This document shows positions 19,576 through 20,000 of a stretch of 20,000 nucleotides of DNA, one piece after another (position 1 is the stretch's first letter; each line of letters starts with the position of its first letter). Source of the stretch: Alloascoidea hylecoeti (taxonomy: Eukaryota); assembly GCA_001600815.1 (NCBI GenBank), contig BCKZ01000001.1, positions 2,194,158 to 2,214,157 of the forward strand, read 5' to 3'. The notes beneath the pieces are model-generated. The model was not told the origin of the DNA, made no database searches, and saw only the letters and a list, made by a program, of their open reading frames with translations. Made by a program: the position numbers and the translations under genes.

Positions 19576-20000
19576 AAATTCTTAAAATTTTAATTTCAAT
19601 AAGTAAGATAAGTGAGAAGAAATCCTGAGGAGGATTTCTTCTCTTTTTATATTTCTTTTTACTATGTATTCTATATAAGTAAGATAATTATATAATTCTA
19701 AATATAGTTTCAACATTCTCGCTATTTTAGAATTTTATACAAAATATAGTAAAAAACAAATAATAAAAATAATTTGTAAAATAAGTTTAAAATGATTAAT
19801 ATAAAATAAGTTTCTTAAATAATTAAATAATTTTTTCATAATAAAATAATAGGTTTTTAATAAGATAAGTTAATAAAAAGGGTAAAATAAAATTAATAAG
19901 ATAAAACAATAAAATAAGTAATAATAAGATAAATAATAATGATAAGATAATAATTTTAGTTAATAATTGTTTCAGTAAGTTTTTTGAATTGGTTTTTATT
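19575..20000. repeat. AT-rich TAAG-rich module B, abutting the truncated RT and running to the window edge
   Basis: Abrupt composition change at about 19575, perfect 13-bp hairpin at 19614-19643, and a motif series shared with 16142-16640. Confidence 0.5.

Noticed and set aside
19575..19650. Helitron 3' end (hairpin plus CTRR)
   Set aside because: The hairpin is present but there is no CTRR terminus at the expected distance on either strand.

Overview
AT-rich fungal genomic DNA, most consistent with an intron-rich budding-yeast (Saccharomycotina-like) lineage. Bases 1-13.8 kb are gene-dense: a 5'-truncated PWWP chromatin protein, PNP1 (5 exons), HRD3/SEL1L (2 exons), MHF2/CENP-X, an intact but apparently catalytically degenerate DLD1-like FAD oxidoreductase, a YJR142W-type Nudix hydrolase, ATS1/KTI13, a two-RRM protein (2 exons) and QCR6 (5 exons including a 16-nt micro-exon, absent from the ORF track). 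From about 13.8 kb to the end no host gene is recognisable. That part holds a 988-bp TA-flanked Tc1/mariner-type non-autonomous element with long modular inverted arms, a decayed chromodomain-bearing Ty3/Gypsy pol with its PPT and 3' LTR, and two related, extremely AT-rich TAAG-rich modules of unknown nature. The most interesting items are the DLD1-like pseudoenzyme candidate, the foldback-like element and the AT-rich modules in the transposon nest. All family assignments come from motif recognition by eye; no database searches were run.
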